From Chrysomallon squamiferum (Eukaryota > Animalia > Mollusca), in NCBI GenBank assembly GCA_012295275.1, contig CM022677.1, positions 19,592,001-19,656,000 on the forward strand: DNA of 64,000 nt, written 5' to 3'. A program made the translations under genes and the position numbers. Numbering within the stretch: the first letter of the stretch is position 1; every line of letters starts with the position of its first letter. This document shows positions 31,205 to 55,990 of the stretch, piece after piece. The notes under the pieces were generated by a model. The model was not told the origin of the DNA, made no database searches, and saw nothing but the letters and a program-made list of their open reading frames with translations.

Positions 31205-31577
31205 AAAAAAATAAATAAATAAATAAAAAAAAAATTAAAAAATAAATAAATAAATAAAATAAATAAACAAACAAATAGATAAATACATAAATAAATAAAT
31301 AAATAATAATAAATAAATAAATAAATAAATAAATAAATATATATACATATATATATATATATTGTGTGTGTGTTTATATGTGTGTGCGTATATATATATA
31401 TATGTATGTATATATAAAAAAAAACAGTGGGATTGTAATTAACTTCATATTTTGAAAGTATACACTCCCATGATGACACGTTTTATGGCTTTTCTTACAT
31501 TCTTTTTTTTCAACTTTCTTTATTTAATTTCTCTCTGTTCTGTCTGCATGTCCTCTCTCTCTCTCTTCTGTCTGCAT

Positions 31578-31685
<108 letters not shown>

Positions 31686-33175
31686 ACATCATACTTACGA
31701 AGAAAACTCTTCATTATACTTTGTCATTTTGAAGAAAACAGTTATAAAATGATATCATACTTACCATGATAACCTGAAAAACAACGAAGTAACAGCAATT
31801 TATATTCCCAGAATTTCATTTATTTTGCTCTGTTGTCACAAGCTTTATTAAAAAAAAAAAAAAAAAAAAATAAAATAAAAAATACTGTCAATAAATTCTA
31901 GTATCTCTCTTAAAAAAGAAGAAATTGTCTTCAAAAGCATGATTAATCACAGTCCTGAACTCTTCGTTATATTTTATCATTTGGCAGTGGAACCGAGTAA
32001 ATTCCACGATGCCTGGGGCAAAGGAAACATTTTTGATGGCCTCGTTTAGTTTTTCTATATGACGGGTATACATTTCGAATACGCTGACTTGCGGCATAAC
32101 TCTAACCACCTTATCAAAAGACAGATGCATGTTTCACCATTATTATCTCCCCTTGTTTCACTGCAACCCAGACGTAACATTTTACAACAATTTTAACTGA
32201 TCATTTCCTATAACATCAACGTATTCTATAGTACTGTATATAGCTACATACCTATTTAGATATATCTATCTCTCTATCTATCCAACTATCAATATATCTA
32301 TATCTATCTATATCTATCTATCTTATGCCGATATGTCATATGGTTGCTGCAAAAGGAAGGCTCACGTGATGTAAAAGCAATGGCTCACGTGATTTAAAAG
32401 GAAGGCTCACGTGATTTAAAAGAGAGGCTCACGTGATTTAAAAGGAAGGCTCACGTGATATAAACGAAAGACTGTGTTTCGTGTTATGAACGTAACATAT
32501 GTTTTATCTATTTCGCTGCTGCCAACGTAACAGAAGATTTGTTTTCGTAGTAATATGAACCTGTTGTTGTTAGATGCAGTGATATATTTATCATTCTTGA
32601 TTTTAAAATATAGATTAAAAAATATACAAAAGTAAACAAACACTTACACTCACATATACACACAAACTCAGATGCACACAGTCAGTCACTCACACACTCA
32701 CGCACGCACAAACACACATATACAAATCAACAAGCATACATTTGCAGCAAACATTAACAAATACACATTCACTAGGACACTAACAAACACACACGTATAT
32801 ACACATAAACACACAGTCTCAGGCCGTTTCACAAAACAAAACCATACACATACTAAAATACACACACACATACTCACACTTACACAGACATAAACAAATA
32901 CACTCTCCAACAAACTCGAAATAAATAAATAAATAAATAAATAATAAAAAAGTAAAATAAATTACCTTTGCAAATGTCATGAGCACTTAATTTTGCTATA
33001 AATACACCTCACATACAGAAACATCACGTGAGCCTTTCTTTTAAATCAGGTGAGCCTTTCTTTTACAGGAACATCACGTCAGCCTTTCTTTTAAATCACG
33101 TGAACCTTTCTTTTGCAGGAACCATGTGACATATTGGCATCAGATAGATAGATAGATAAATAGATAGATAGATAA

Positions 33176-33207
<32 letters not shown>

Positions 33208-33368
33208 ACAGATGTAGATATAATATATATAAATACAGATATCGATATATCTAGATAGTATGTAGATATACACACTACTATAGCATACGTTGACGTTATA
33301 GGAAATGATCAGTTAAAATTGTTGTAAAATGTTACGTCTGGGCTGCAGGGAAACAAGGGGAGATAACA

Positions 33369-33557
33369 ATGGTGAAACATGCATCTCTCTTAGTTACAAT
33401 GGTTATGGTTATGCCGCAGGTCAGTGTATTTGAAATGTGTACCTCAAACACAGAAAAACTAAACGAGTCCATCAAAAGCTGTTACTTCTGCCCCAAACAT
33501 CAGAGGAACTGCTCGGTTTGTGTCTTGTCTTGGAAGATGGTCGGTGTGTTCCACTGA
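33369..33557 (+). other. Repeated 62-codon ORF with hydrophobic N-terminus and Cys motifs; coding status unknown
   Basis: Near-identical ORFs at 20273-20458 (-) and 55596-55784 (-); broken copies elsewhere in the cluster. Confidence 0.3.
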
Positions 33558-34615
33558 TTTTGACAAATTACAAAATATAATGAAGAGTTCAGGACTGTGA
33601 TTAATGATGCTTTTGAAGACAATTTCTTGTTATTTAAGAATTTAGTAAGAGTATTTATTTTAATAAAGTTTGAAACAGCAGAGCAAAATAAATGAAATTC
33701 GGCGAACATCAGTTGCAAATACTTCGTTGTTTTTCTTGTTATCGTCGTAAGTATGATATCATTTTATAACTATTTTGTTTATATTGATAAAGTATAATAA
33801 AGAGTTTTCCGTCCTGTGATAAACAGATAGTCTGTGTGTATGTACGTATGTATGTCCGTACGTATGTATCAATGTATGTATTTTTAGTTGTATCTATGTG
33901 TCTAAATGTATATATATTCTTATTTATTTCCTTACTTACTTACTTACTTAAACAAAACTCCTAAAACAATCGAAGTATTCCGGAAGTTCGCACTTTTTCG
34001 GAAGTGTTGGACACGTCAGCAAAAATATAACTGGGATTTTTTTCAATTGGGGCTGTTGTTGTTGTTGTTGTTGTTGCTTTTTATTATCATTATTATTATT
34101 TCTTTTTTTTTTTTTTATACGATTTTGAATTATCAGTTCTGAACAATATCAGATTTTTCATTTATATTCCTAGTAATTTTTTGCTCTTTTCAGTTACTTT
34201 TAATTGCAGTGAAGATAATTTCACTAGAATCTAACAACTGATAATAAGAGAAAACGGCAAGCTGAACACTGCATAGAACAAATATTTAATTTGAAATAAC
34301 GTTTGATACAGTCTGTCTAGAAAACGTTTTGAGATACGTGAAAAATACTTTAACATTTTGCCTCTCTGTACGTTATTAAAAAAAGAATTAAAATCACTTT
34401 AAGTTTAAAAACTTACTGATTTTTGTTTTCCTTTCTTGCCTTTTTGGGGCAGTGCTTTCTTCTGGCCCTTTTTTCTCTCATTTTTAATAAAATCTTGAAG
34501 AAAACATAATTTACAAAATCGCTAATTGAAAATGGATCGGATATATGTAAAAACGTCATCCGGAAGACTGGGCCTAGGTATGACGTCATACTGCCTTGAA
34601 GCACTAACACTACGG

Positions 34616-34669
<54 letters not shown>

Positions 34670-35438
34670 GAAGTGATTCTAATGGAAAAAAAGTAATAAA
34701 TAGCATCCGAGCATATTGAAGGTATATGACGACTGAAGTAAGAGTATGAGAAAAAAATAAAATAATAAAATGATAATATATTTACTATGATAACATGAAA
34801 AACGAATTATTTCCAGTTTATGTTCTCGGAGTTTCGTTTCTGTTGCTCTATTGTTTCAAGCTTTATTAAAATAAATACTCACAATAAATTATCTGTTTTT
34901 TCCTTTAAACGGACAATAACTCCATGAAATTTTTATTAAAATAGTACCGAACGTAAAGTTAGACGTAAATAATTATATATAAATATAATTATAAACATTT
35001 AATCTACTGAAGCAGAAAAACAATAAGTAACAGTATCTGTTCACACCACCTAACAGGATGTAATAATAATCTGTTTACGCTCCAATATTTGTTTCCGATC
35101 CACACACATAAACACCCACAGATGAATGTAACATCTCTTACTCACTCGTACAGTTTCTATAATTAAAAACAGTTTCAACTTACAAACCACAGCTGTGCTT
35201 ACACGTACATACATACATGTGATGTTAATTAATTGTCACCTTCTTGATTTCGTTTTGATGAGTAGTATAATATCTCTTTCTCACACATATAGATTCTATA
35301 ATTAAAAACAGTTTTAAGTTACAAACAACAGCTGTGCTTATACGTACATACATACATGTGACGTTAATTAATTTTCACCTTTTTGATTTCGTTTTCAATA
35401 AAAAGGATCAGAAGCCTGTTTCTGCTAAAATAAAAATC

Positions 35439-35867
35439 ATGAACGTTTTCGTTTTCATCGTCGTCTTCGTCTCAGTTTTGCAGTGTGCAGGTAAATTTAT
35501 TTTTATGTATAAACTTTGAAGAACAAAAGAGCTTATTATATTAGTTCGAAAGAATCTATATTTTATAATAGAAGTAGTGGTAGTAGTTGTAGCGATACTG
35601 CCTGTAAAAGTATTATTAGTAATAGTATCAGTAAGATAATTAGTCCAGTAGAACTGGTAGTAATAGCATAATTAGTATTAAAGTAGCAGTAGTAACAATA
35701 ACATTAGTAACTGCAAACGTAGCACGAAGATCTGGAATCTGTTTCAGTTGTTTGATTTGTTTTAAAACGTCTCAATTTGTGTTTCTGTGTTTCTGTGTTT
35801 TTGGGGTAGATGTCTTCGTTCACTTTCTCTTGGTGTATTTGTTTTATTTTTCATTTATTGTTTCCTT

Positions 35868-35916
<49 letters not shown>

Positions 35917-36076
35917 CGTCTCAAATTTTGTATTATGACAAATATATATATATTTTTTTGATTAAGATGCCGGAAGATGCCAGCCTGGTTTTATTCTTTA
36001 TGAAACCGGTTGCTACTGGTTTTCCCGTAGACCAGTGATAGCTTCGTGGATTGACGCAAAGGTTAGTTTCTCTCTC

Positions 36077-36165
<89 letters not shown>

Positions 36166-36840
36166 ATTTCGTATATATATCGATATATATATGCTTCTAG
36201 TGATGGTGTTGATGATGATGATGGTGGTGATGATAGAATATTATTATTATTATTATTATTATATTTATTGTTGTCGTCGTCTCAGCACTACTGTGAAAGC
36301 ATGAACTCCTATCTTGCTATGATCACTTCTGCTAAAGAAGACCAGTGTCTTCGTAATCATCTTCTGAAACAATCAAGGAGTAAGTCTGTATTTATAATTA
36401 CATAATTAAATAAAAACGAAAAAAAATAAATAAGAGGATTGAGAATACAAACAGAAACACACACAGACACACACACACAAACACACACACATATACACAT
36501 ACACACACACAGAAACATACACACACACATACTAGTATATTCAAATTAATAGGAAGAACGAAAGAAAACCGAAATTCTCGCACTTTATTTAACAGGGGGT
36601 GAATACTGAATCGGGGCTAATGACATCCAAGTTGAAGGTCGTTTCCAGTGGATATGGAAAGACACCATATCAGAAGATTTGAGCTACACTAACTGGGATT
36701 CGGATCAACCCAGCAACTATGAAGGACAAGAGAACTGTGTGGAATTAAAGGGCGAATATGGTTACAGATGGAATGATGAACCATGCTGGCTCAAATTGAG
36801 ATTCATATGTGAACAAAATACAATCGTCTCTAAAGAGTAA
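35439..36840 (+). pseudogene. C-type lectin copy 5 with a nonsense mutation
   Basis: Exons 35439-35490, 35967-36061, 36286-36379, 36596-36840; the Trp codon of YWIG is TGA (36607-36609). Confidence 0.88.
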
Positions 36841-36890
36841 TCTGAAAATAAAATATTATATATCTTTCATTTATCTTTTTTCTCTCTGTG

Positions 36891-36930
<40 letters not shown>

Positions 36931-36934
36931 AATA

Positions 36935-36965
<31 letters not shown>

Positions 36966-37250
36966 TTATTATTATAATAACAACAATAGTAATAAAAATA
37001 ACAAGAGCAAAAGCAACAGCAGAAACCAACACAGTTGAAGGAACAATAATAGCATCACCAGGTACAAAAATAAGAAGAAAGACAAGAGAGAGAGAGATCT
37101 TGTAATTATGTCCAAATATCGTCATAATTTTGGAATTACGTGATGTTAACGTCACACGGTATTAATGTATAACTATAGTAACGCCTGCCTGACGTCTTTT
37201 ATGCAAATATGAGGCGCTATTTAAGAGAAACATTATATAATGTATTTATA

Positions 37251-37315
<65 letters not shown>

Positions 37316-37433
37316 TAAAAGGGATCAGAAGGCTGTTTCTGCTAAAATAAAAATCATGAACGTTTACGTTTTAATCGTTGTCTTATAAAATCTATAAAAG
37401 ATCTGAAATCTATAAAATATAGATTCTTTCAAC

Positions 37434-37485
37434 CTGCACACTGCAAAACTGAGACGAAGACGACGATTAAAACGTAAACGTTCAT
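37434..37485 (-). pseudogene. Orphan lectin exon 1 with ~1.9 kb of upstream region
   Basis: MNVYVLIVVFVSVLQCA exon with no exons 2-4 downstream; 37486-39340 duplicates ~23195-24910. Confidence 0.8.
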
Positions 37486-38334
37486 GATTTTTATTTTAGC
37501 AGAAACAGGCTTCTGATCCTTTTTATTGAAAACGAAATCAAAGAGGTGAAAATCAATTAATGTCAAATCTATGGATATACGTAAAAGCACAGCTGTTGTC
37601 TGTAACATAAAACTGTTTTTAGTTATAGAAACTCTATATATGATAAATAGATATTATACTAAGCACAGCTGTGGTTTGTAAGTTGAAACTGTTTTTAATT
37701 ATAAAATCTGTATTTGTGAGAAAGAGATATTATACTACTCATCAAAACGAAATCAAGAAGGTGACAATTAATTAACGTCACATGTATGTATGTACGTGTA
37801 AGCACAGCTGTGGTTTGTAAGTTGAAACTGTTTTTAATTATAAAAACTGTACGAGTGAGTAAGAGATGTTACATTCATCTGTGTGTGTTTATGTGTGTGG
37901 ATCGGAAACAAATATTGCAGCGTAAACAGATTATTATTACATACTGTTTGGTGGTGTGAACAGATACTGTTACTTATTGCTTTTCTGCTTCAGTAGATTA
38001 AATGTTTAGAATTATATTGATATAGAGTTAATTACCTCTAACTTTACGTTCGGTACAATTATAGTGAAAATTTCATGGAGTTATCGTGCGTTTAATGGAA
38101 AAAATGAGAATTTATTGTGAGTATTTATTTTAATAAAGCTTGAAACAATAGAGCAAAATAAATGAAATTCCGAGAACATCAACTGGAAATACTTCGTTTT
38201 TCATGTTATCATAGTAAATATATTATCATTTTATTACAATTTTTTTTTTCTCTCATACTCTTACTTCAGTCGTCATATACCTTCAGTATGCTCGGATGCT
38301 ATTTTTTACTTTTTTTTCCCATTAGAACCACTTC

Positions 38335-38366
<32 letters not shown>

Positions 38367-39340
38367 CTAGCCGTAGAGTTAGTGCTTCAAGGCAGCATGA
38401 CGTCATACCTAGACCTCGTCTTCCAGATGACGTATTTTACATATATCCGATACAGTTTCAATTAGCGTTTTTGTAAATTATGTTTTCTTCAAGATTTTAT
38501 TAAAAATGAGAGACAAAAGAGGCCAGAAGAAAGCGCTGCCCCAAAAAGGCAGGAAATGAAAACAAAAATCAGTCAGTTTTTAAACTTAAAGTGATTTTTT
38601 ATATATATTTTTTAATTACGTACAGACAGGCAAAATGATAAAGTATTTTTCACGTATCTCAAAACGTTTTCTAGACAGACTGTATCAAACGTTATTTGAA
38701 ATTAAAAATTTGTTCTGTGCAGTGTTCAGCTTGCCGTTTTCTCTTATTATCAGTTGCTAGATTCTAGTGAAATTATCTTCACTGCAATTAAAAGTAACTG
38801 AAAAGAGCAGAAAAGTACTAGTAAAATAAATGAGAAATCTGATATTTTTCAGAATTGATAATTCAAAATCTTATAAGAAAAAAATATTAAAAAAAACAAC
38901 AAATAATAATAATGATAATAAAAAGCAACAGTAACAATAACAACAACAAAAACAACACCCCCAATTGAAAAAATCTGAGTTATATTTTTGCTGACGTGTC
39001 CAGCACTTCCGAAAAAGTGCGAACTTCTGGAATACATCGATTGTTTTAGGAGTTTTGTTTAAGTAAGTAAGTAAGTCAGGCAGAAGAAAAAGCTTTTGAT
39101 GGACTCGTTTAGTGTTTCTGTGTTAGAAGTACACATTTCAAATACACTGACCTGCGGCATAACTCTAACCACCTTAACTAAGAGAGATGCATGTTTCACC
39201 ATTATTATCTCCCCTTGTTTCCCTGCATCCCAGACGTAACATTTTACAACAGTTTTAACTGATCATTTCCTATAACGTTAACGTATCCTATAGTAATGTG
39301 TATATCTACATACTTATCTAGATATATCTGTGTCTATATT

Positions 39341-39540
39341 NNNNNNNNNNNNNNNNNNNNNNNNNNNNNNNNNNNNNNNNNNNNNNNNNNNNNNNNNNNN
39401 NNNNNNNNNNNNNNNNNNNNNNNNNNNNNNNNNNNNNNNNNNNNNNNNNNNNNNNNNNNNNNNNNNNNNNNNNNNNNNNNNNNNNNNNNNNNNNNNNNNN
39501 NNNNNNNNNNNNNNNNNNNNNNNNNNNNNNNNNNNNNNNN
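39341..39540. other. Assembly gap (200 N)
   Basis: Run of n. Confidence 1.
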
Positions 39541-40020
39541 CCATTTACTGTGATAATTAAACTGTAAGTAGATTAATTAATTAATTAATTAACTAATTAA
39601 CTAATTAATTGATTAACTAACTGACTGATTAAGAAAGAAAGAAAGAAAGAAGAGTAAATAAATAAATTAATTAATTAATAAAGAGAAAGAAAATACTACA
39701 ACAAAAAAAAACAACCAAATACCATATAAAAACAAACAACATATGAATGATGAATGAATGACTAAAAAACAATTGTCGCATATAAGAGTGGCAATAAATA
39801 AATAAACAACCACACGAAATATAATGAATAAGTAAATAAGTAAATAAAATCTTCTTTTTTTTTTTTTTTTCAAATCACAACAAGAGTAATAAAATAATTC
39901 TACATAATTCGGTCATTCTGCAGAACGAAAAAAAAAACGAAAAGGCAAAAAGAAAAAGACTGCTGGTAACGTTTAACAGATAGATATTTATATAGATTCC
40001 ACACACACACGAACACACAC

Positions 40021-40136
<116 letters not shown>

Positions 40137-40222
40137 GACATGAAAATTCACCCCTTATTGTTTTCTTCAAATCGTGTCTACCCCTGGTTAATCTCAGCAC
40201 TGGCTCTGTGTCTTCCTTCTCC

Positions 40223-50059
<9,837 letters not shown>

Positions 50060-50510
50060 CTGTGCCGATATAATAAAATGTATACATGCATACATATGTG
50101 TGTGTGCAAAGTCCAATCATGACGTCACAAACCCCGCCAGATGCCGCTGACGAGACTCGAACGTGTGGCACCCATTCGCCCGTACACCGAAGACGGACGA
50201 TGTTACCTTTCGGCCATGAAGACAAATAAACAGACGAAGAGATTTTTCCCTTCTGTGATTGTCTTTGTGTACGTAAGTATATATATATATATATTTCCGT
50301 ACGTACATGTGGATGTTTGTACTTTTTATGTGTATTTATGTGTCTGAATATGTATATGTTTTTGTTTATTTATTTACTTGCTTACTTACTTACTAAAGCA
50401 AAGTATTCCGGAAGTTCCATTTACGTCACTCGCACTTTTTCGGAAGTGTTGGACACGTCAGCAAAAATATAACTGGGATTTTTTTTTTCGAGTGGGGGTG
50501 TTGTTGTTGC

Positions 50511-50548
<38 letters not shown>

Positions 50549-51008
50549 TGTTTGGTTGTTTGGTTGTTGTTGTTATTTTCACTAGAATCTAGCAACTGAT
50601 AATAAGAGACAACGGCAAGCTGAACACTGCATAGAACAAATATTTAATTTGAAATAACGTTTGATGCAGTCTGTCTAGAAAACGTTTTGAGATACGTGAA
50701 AAATACTTTATCATTTTGCCTCTCTGTATGTTATTACTAACAAACAGTTTACTGTAATTTTAAAAACTAACTGATTTTTTTTTTTTTTTTTTTTTTTTTC
50801 TTGCCTTTTGGAGGCGGTGCTTTCTTCTGGCCCTTTTTGTCCCTCATTTTTAATAAAATCTTGAAGAAAACATAATTTACAAAAACGCTAATTGAAAAAT
50901 GGACCGGATATGTGTAAAGTACGTCATCTGGAAGATGACGCCTAGCCTATGACGTCATACTTCCACGAAGCATTAACCCTACAGATAATAATAATAATAA
51001 CAATAATC

Positions 51009-51042
<34 letters not shown>

Positions 51043-51834
51043 CTGAAGTAACTCTAATAGAAAGAAAAAGTAATAAATAGCATCCGAGCATATTGAAGGT
51101 ATATGACGACTGAAGTAAGAGTTTGAGAAAAAATAAAAATAAAAATAAAAATACGGTAATAAAATGATAATATATTTACTATGATAACATGAAAAACAAC
51201 GATGTATTTGCAATTTATGTTGCCGGAATTTAATTTCTTTTGCTCTATTGTTTCAAGCTTTATTAAAATAAATACTCACAATAAATTCTCATTTTTTTCC
51301 TTTAAACGCACGATAACTCCATGAAATTTTAATGAAAATTCTACCTAACCTACAGCAAAACGTAATTAACTATATATCAATATAACTGTAAACATTTAAT
51401 CTACTGAATCAGAAAAAGAATAAGTAACAGTATCTGTTCACACCACCTAACAGGATGTAATAATAATCTGTTTACGCTGCAATATTTGTTTCCGATCCAC
51501 ACACATAAACACCCACAGATGAATGTAACACCTCTTACTCACTCGTACAGTTTCTATAATTAAAAACAGTTTCAACTTACAAACCACAGCTGTGCTTACA
51601 CGTACATACATACATGTGATGATAATTAATTGTCACCTTCTTGATTTCGTTTTGATGAGTAGTATAATATCTCTTTCTCACACATACAGATTCTATAATT
51701 AAAAACAGTTTTAAGTTACAAACAACAGTTGTGCTTATACCTACATACATACATGTGACGTTAATTGATTTTCACCTTTTTGATTTCGTTTTCAATAAAA
51801 GGATCAGAAGGCTGTTTGAGCTAAAATAAAAATC

Positions 51835-51873
51835 ATGAACGTTTACGTTTTAATCGTCGTCTTCGTCTCAGTT
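51835..51873 (+). pseudogene. Truncated lectin exon 1 with upstream region (~50340-51834)
   Basis: ATGAACGTTTACGTTTTAATCGTCGTCTTCGTCTCAGTT followed by a break. Confidence 0.75.
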
Positions 51874-52286
51874 GAAAGTGTTGGCCCTGTATCTATGTAT
51901 TTCAGTATGTGTATGTTTTTTTTTTTTCTGAAACGAGGTGCGTGGATGTTTGTCAGTGTGCATGTGAATGCGTATTTGTTAATGTTTGGTGTAAATGTAT
52001 GTTTCTTCGTATGTGTGCGTGTGTTTGTTCGTGCGTGTGTATATGAGTGTGTGTATATGAGAGTGTAAGTGTGTGTTTGCTTTTGTATATATTTTATCTA
52101 TATTTTAAAATCAGGAATGACAAATATATCTCACACCAGCTGCATCTAACAACTACAACTACATATTACTTCGAAAACAAATATTCTCCTACGTGGGCAA
52201 CAGCGACATAGACAAAACATGTGTTACATTCATAACAGAGTAACGCCATATCATATTACATAGTTCTGTGTGAAGATATATTTAAT

Positions 52287-52390
<104 letters not shown>

Positions 52391-52461
52391 AGTGTGTAAG
52401 TATATACAATTTGTTTAAGTGAAATTATGAATATACACAGAGAGAGAGAGAGAGAGTGAGT

Positions 52462-52550
<89 letters not shown>

Positions 52551-52854
52551 AGGACTTGGACATAGAATAGCGAGATAGTTTTATTAAATAAATAGCTCGT
52601 TAATAACAGCAATGTTGTTTAAAAATAAATAAATAAAAATAAATAAAAATATGTAGTTATTTCCCATTCCAGACAGTGTTCCACAATGGAACAAAAACCA
52701 GAGATCCTCTCATCGTGGATGTGTTTAAACTCCTATGGACAGATTGCTCTTAGAAACTCTATGGAAAAAAACACACATATTACTAGGGTTCTCAAAGACA
52801 TAATCATTATTATTTCACACAAAGAAATAAGATAAATGATATTTTATTTTCAAA

Positions 52855-53707
52855 TTAATCTTCACAGACGTTCGCTTTATGTTCACATATGAATCCCCTC
52901 TTCAACGAACATGGTTCATCATTCCATCTGTAACCGAATGCGCCCCTCAACTGCTAACAGTTCTCTCCTCCTCCTGAATTATTGGGTTGGCCCGAATCCC
53001 AGTTTGTATAAGTTAGATCTTCTGATGTATGGCCATTCCGTTTCCACTGGAAACGACCTTCAACTTGCATATCACAAGACCCGACCCAGTAAATACCCAC
53101 TGTTAAATAAATTGCGAAAATTTCAGTTTTGTTTCGTTCTTGGCTATTACTTTAAATTAATATACTAGTGTATGTATATGCAGGTGTATCATTGGATGTA
53201 TGTGTGCGTGTGTATGTGTATGTGGGTGTGTATGTATAGTTGTGTGTGTGTTTGTTCGGTTCTATAACTGATGTTATGTTTATACGTTTTTTCACGTTAT
53301 TATAAAAATTTTAAAATTCAGACTTACCTTTTGACTGTTTCATAATATGGTTACGAAGATATTCATCTTCTTTGGCAGAAGTGATGACAGCAAGATAGGA
53401 GTTCATGCTTTCACAGTAGTTCTGAGAAAAATAACAACGACGACGACAATACTAATACTAATACTGATACTACTAATAATAATCTTCAGGTAATGCACTG
53501 ACTATTATAATAATACTATTATTAATAGTAGTTATACAACAGTATGGCCACCACTAAAGTTGCTATTCAACTAACAAAATACAGATTCTTTCAAAAACAG
53601 TACACTGTATAAAGCCCTTTTGTTCTTCAAAGTTTATATGTAAAAGTAAATTTACCTGCACACTGCAAAACTGAGACGAAGACGACGATTAAAACGTAAA
53701 CGTTCAT
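52855..53707 (-). pseudogene. C-type lectin copy 6 pseudogene
   Basis: Exon 1 at 53656-53707, exon 2 deleted, exon 3 at 53328-53421, exon 4 at 52855-53099 with an in-frame TAG after ENC; QPN motif. Confidence 0.88.
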
Positions 53708-54483
53708 GATTTTTATTTTAGCTCAAACAACCTTCTGATCCTTTTTATTGAAAACGAAATCAAAAAGGTGAAAATTAATTAACGTCACATGTATGTATGT
53801 ACGTATAAGCACAGCTGTTGTTTGTAACTTAAAACTGTTTTTAATTATAAAATCTGTATTTGTGAGAAAGAGATATTATACTACTCATCAAAACGAAATT
53901 AAAAAGGTGAAAATTAATTAACGTCACATGTATGTATGTACGTATAAGCACAGCTGTGGTTTGTAAGTTGAAACTGTTTTTAACTATAAAAACTGTACCA
54001 GTGAGTAAGAGATGTTACATTCATCTGTGGGTGTTTATGTGTGTGGATCGGAAACAAATATTGGAGCGTAAACAGATTATTATTACATCCTGTTTGGCGG
54101 TGTGAACAGATACTGTTACTTATTCTTTTTCTGCTTCAGTACATTAAATGTTTAGAATTATATTTATATATAATTATTTACGTCTAACTTTACGTTCGGT
54201 ACTATTTTAATAAAAATTTCATGGAGTTATTGTCCGTTTAAAGGAAAAAACAGAGAATTTATTGTGAGTATTTATTTTAATAAAGCTTGAAACAATAGAG
54301 CAACAGAAACGAAACTCCGAGAACATAAACTGGAAATACTTCGTTTTTCATGTTATCATAGTAAATATATTATCATTTTATTACCATTTTTTTTATTTTT
54401 TTCATACTCTTACTTCAGTCGTCATATACCTTCAATATGCTCGGATGCTATTTTTTACTTTTTTTCCATTAGAATCACTTCAA

Positions 54484-54527
<44 letters not shown>

Positions 54528-55075
54528 CCGTAGTGTTAGTGCTTCAAGGCAGTATGACGTCATACCTAGGCCTCGTCTTCCAGATGACGTATTTTACATA
54601 TATCCGATACAGTTTCAATTAGCGTTTTTGTAAATTATGTTTTCTTCAAGATTTTATTAAAAATGAGAGGGCCTAAAGAAAGCACTGCCCCAAAAAGGCA
54701 AGAAAGAAAAACAAAAATCAGTAAGTTTTTAAACTTAAAGTGATTCTAATTTTTTTTATAATAACGTACAGAGAGGCAAAATGTTAAAGTATTTTTCACG
54801 TATCTCAAAACGTTTTCTAGACAGACTGTATCAAACGTTATTTCAAATTAAATATTTGTTCTATGCAGTGTTCAGCTTGCCGTTTTCTCTTATTATCAGT
54901 TGTTAGATTCTAGTGAAATTGTGAAATTATCTTCACTGCAATTAAAAGTAACTGAAAAGAGCAAAAAATTACTCGGAAAATAAATGAAAAATCTGATGTT
55001 GTTCAGAACTGATAATTCAAAATCATATAAAAAAAAAAAAATTAATAATAATGATAATAAAAGCAACAATAACAA

Positions 55076-55107
<32 letters not shown>

Positions 55108-55959
55108 GCAGACTCAACTGAAAAAATCCCAGTTATATTTCTGCTGACGTGTCCAACACTTCCGAGAAAGTGCGAACTTCCGGAATACTTCGATTGTTTT
55201 AGGAGTTTTGTTTAAGTAAGTAAGTAAGTAAGGAAATAAATAAAAATATATATACATTTAGACACAAGATATAAAATAAAATAAATAAAATATATAAATG
55301 TATTCATTTAGACATCTGTTTATTACAACGGAAAACATTTATTATACTTTATCAAATAAAGATACATACATTCACCACAAACAGTTTTAAAATGATATCA
55401 TACCTACGATGATAACCTGAAAAACAACGAAGTATTTGTAACTGATGTTCCCAGAATTTCTTTTATTGTTGTCTGTTGTCTCAAACTTTATTAAAACAAA
55501 TACTCTTACTAAATTCTTAAATAACAAGAAATTGTCTTCAAAAGCTCATTACTCAAAGTCCTGAACTCTTCATTATATTTTATAATTCGCCAGAATCAGT
55601 GGAACACATCGACCATCTTCCAAGACAAGACACAAACCGAGCAGCTCCTCTGATGTTTGGGGCAGAAGAAAAAGCTTTTGATGGACTCGTTTATTTTTTC
55701 TGTGTTAGAAGTACACATTTCAAATACACTGACCTGCGACATAACTCTAACCACCGTAACTAAGAGAGATGCATGTTTCACCATTATTATCTCCCCTTGT
55801 TTCCCTGCAGTCCAGACGTAACGTTTTACAACAGTTTTAACAGATCATTTCGTATAACGTCAGCGTATGCTATAGGAGTGTATATACCTACATGCTGATA
55901 TCGATATCTGTATCTAGATATATTATATATATTTATATATATCTATCTATCTATTTATC

Positions 55960-55990
<31 letters not shown>

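Noticed and set aside
36607-36609. TGA as selenocysteine or programmed readthrough
   Set aside because: It replaces a conserved Trp, most paralogs have TGG, and no SECIS is recognisable
50207-50217. ATGGCCGAAAG|gt as the first coding exon of the MYCBPAP-like gene
   Set aside because: Its phase-2 donor does not fit the phase-1 acceptor at 50059, so the start codon is left unresolved
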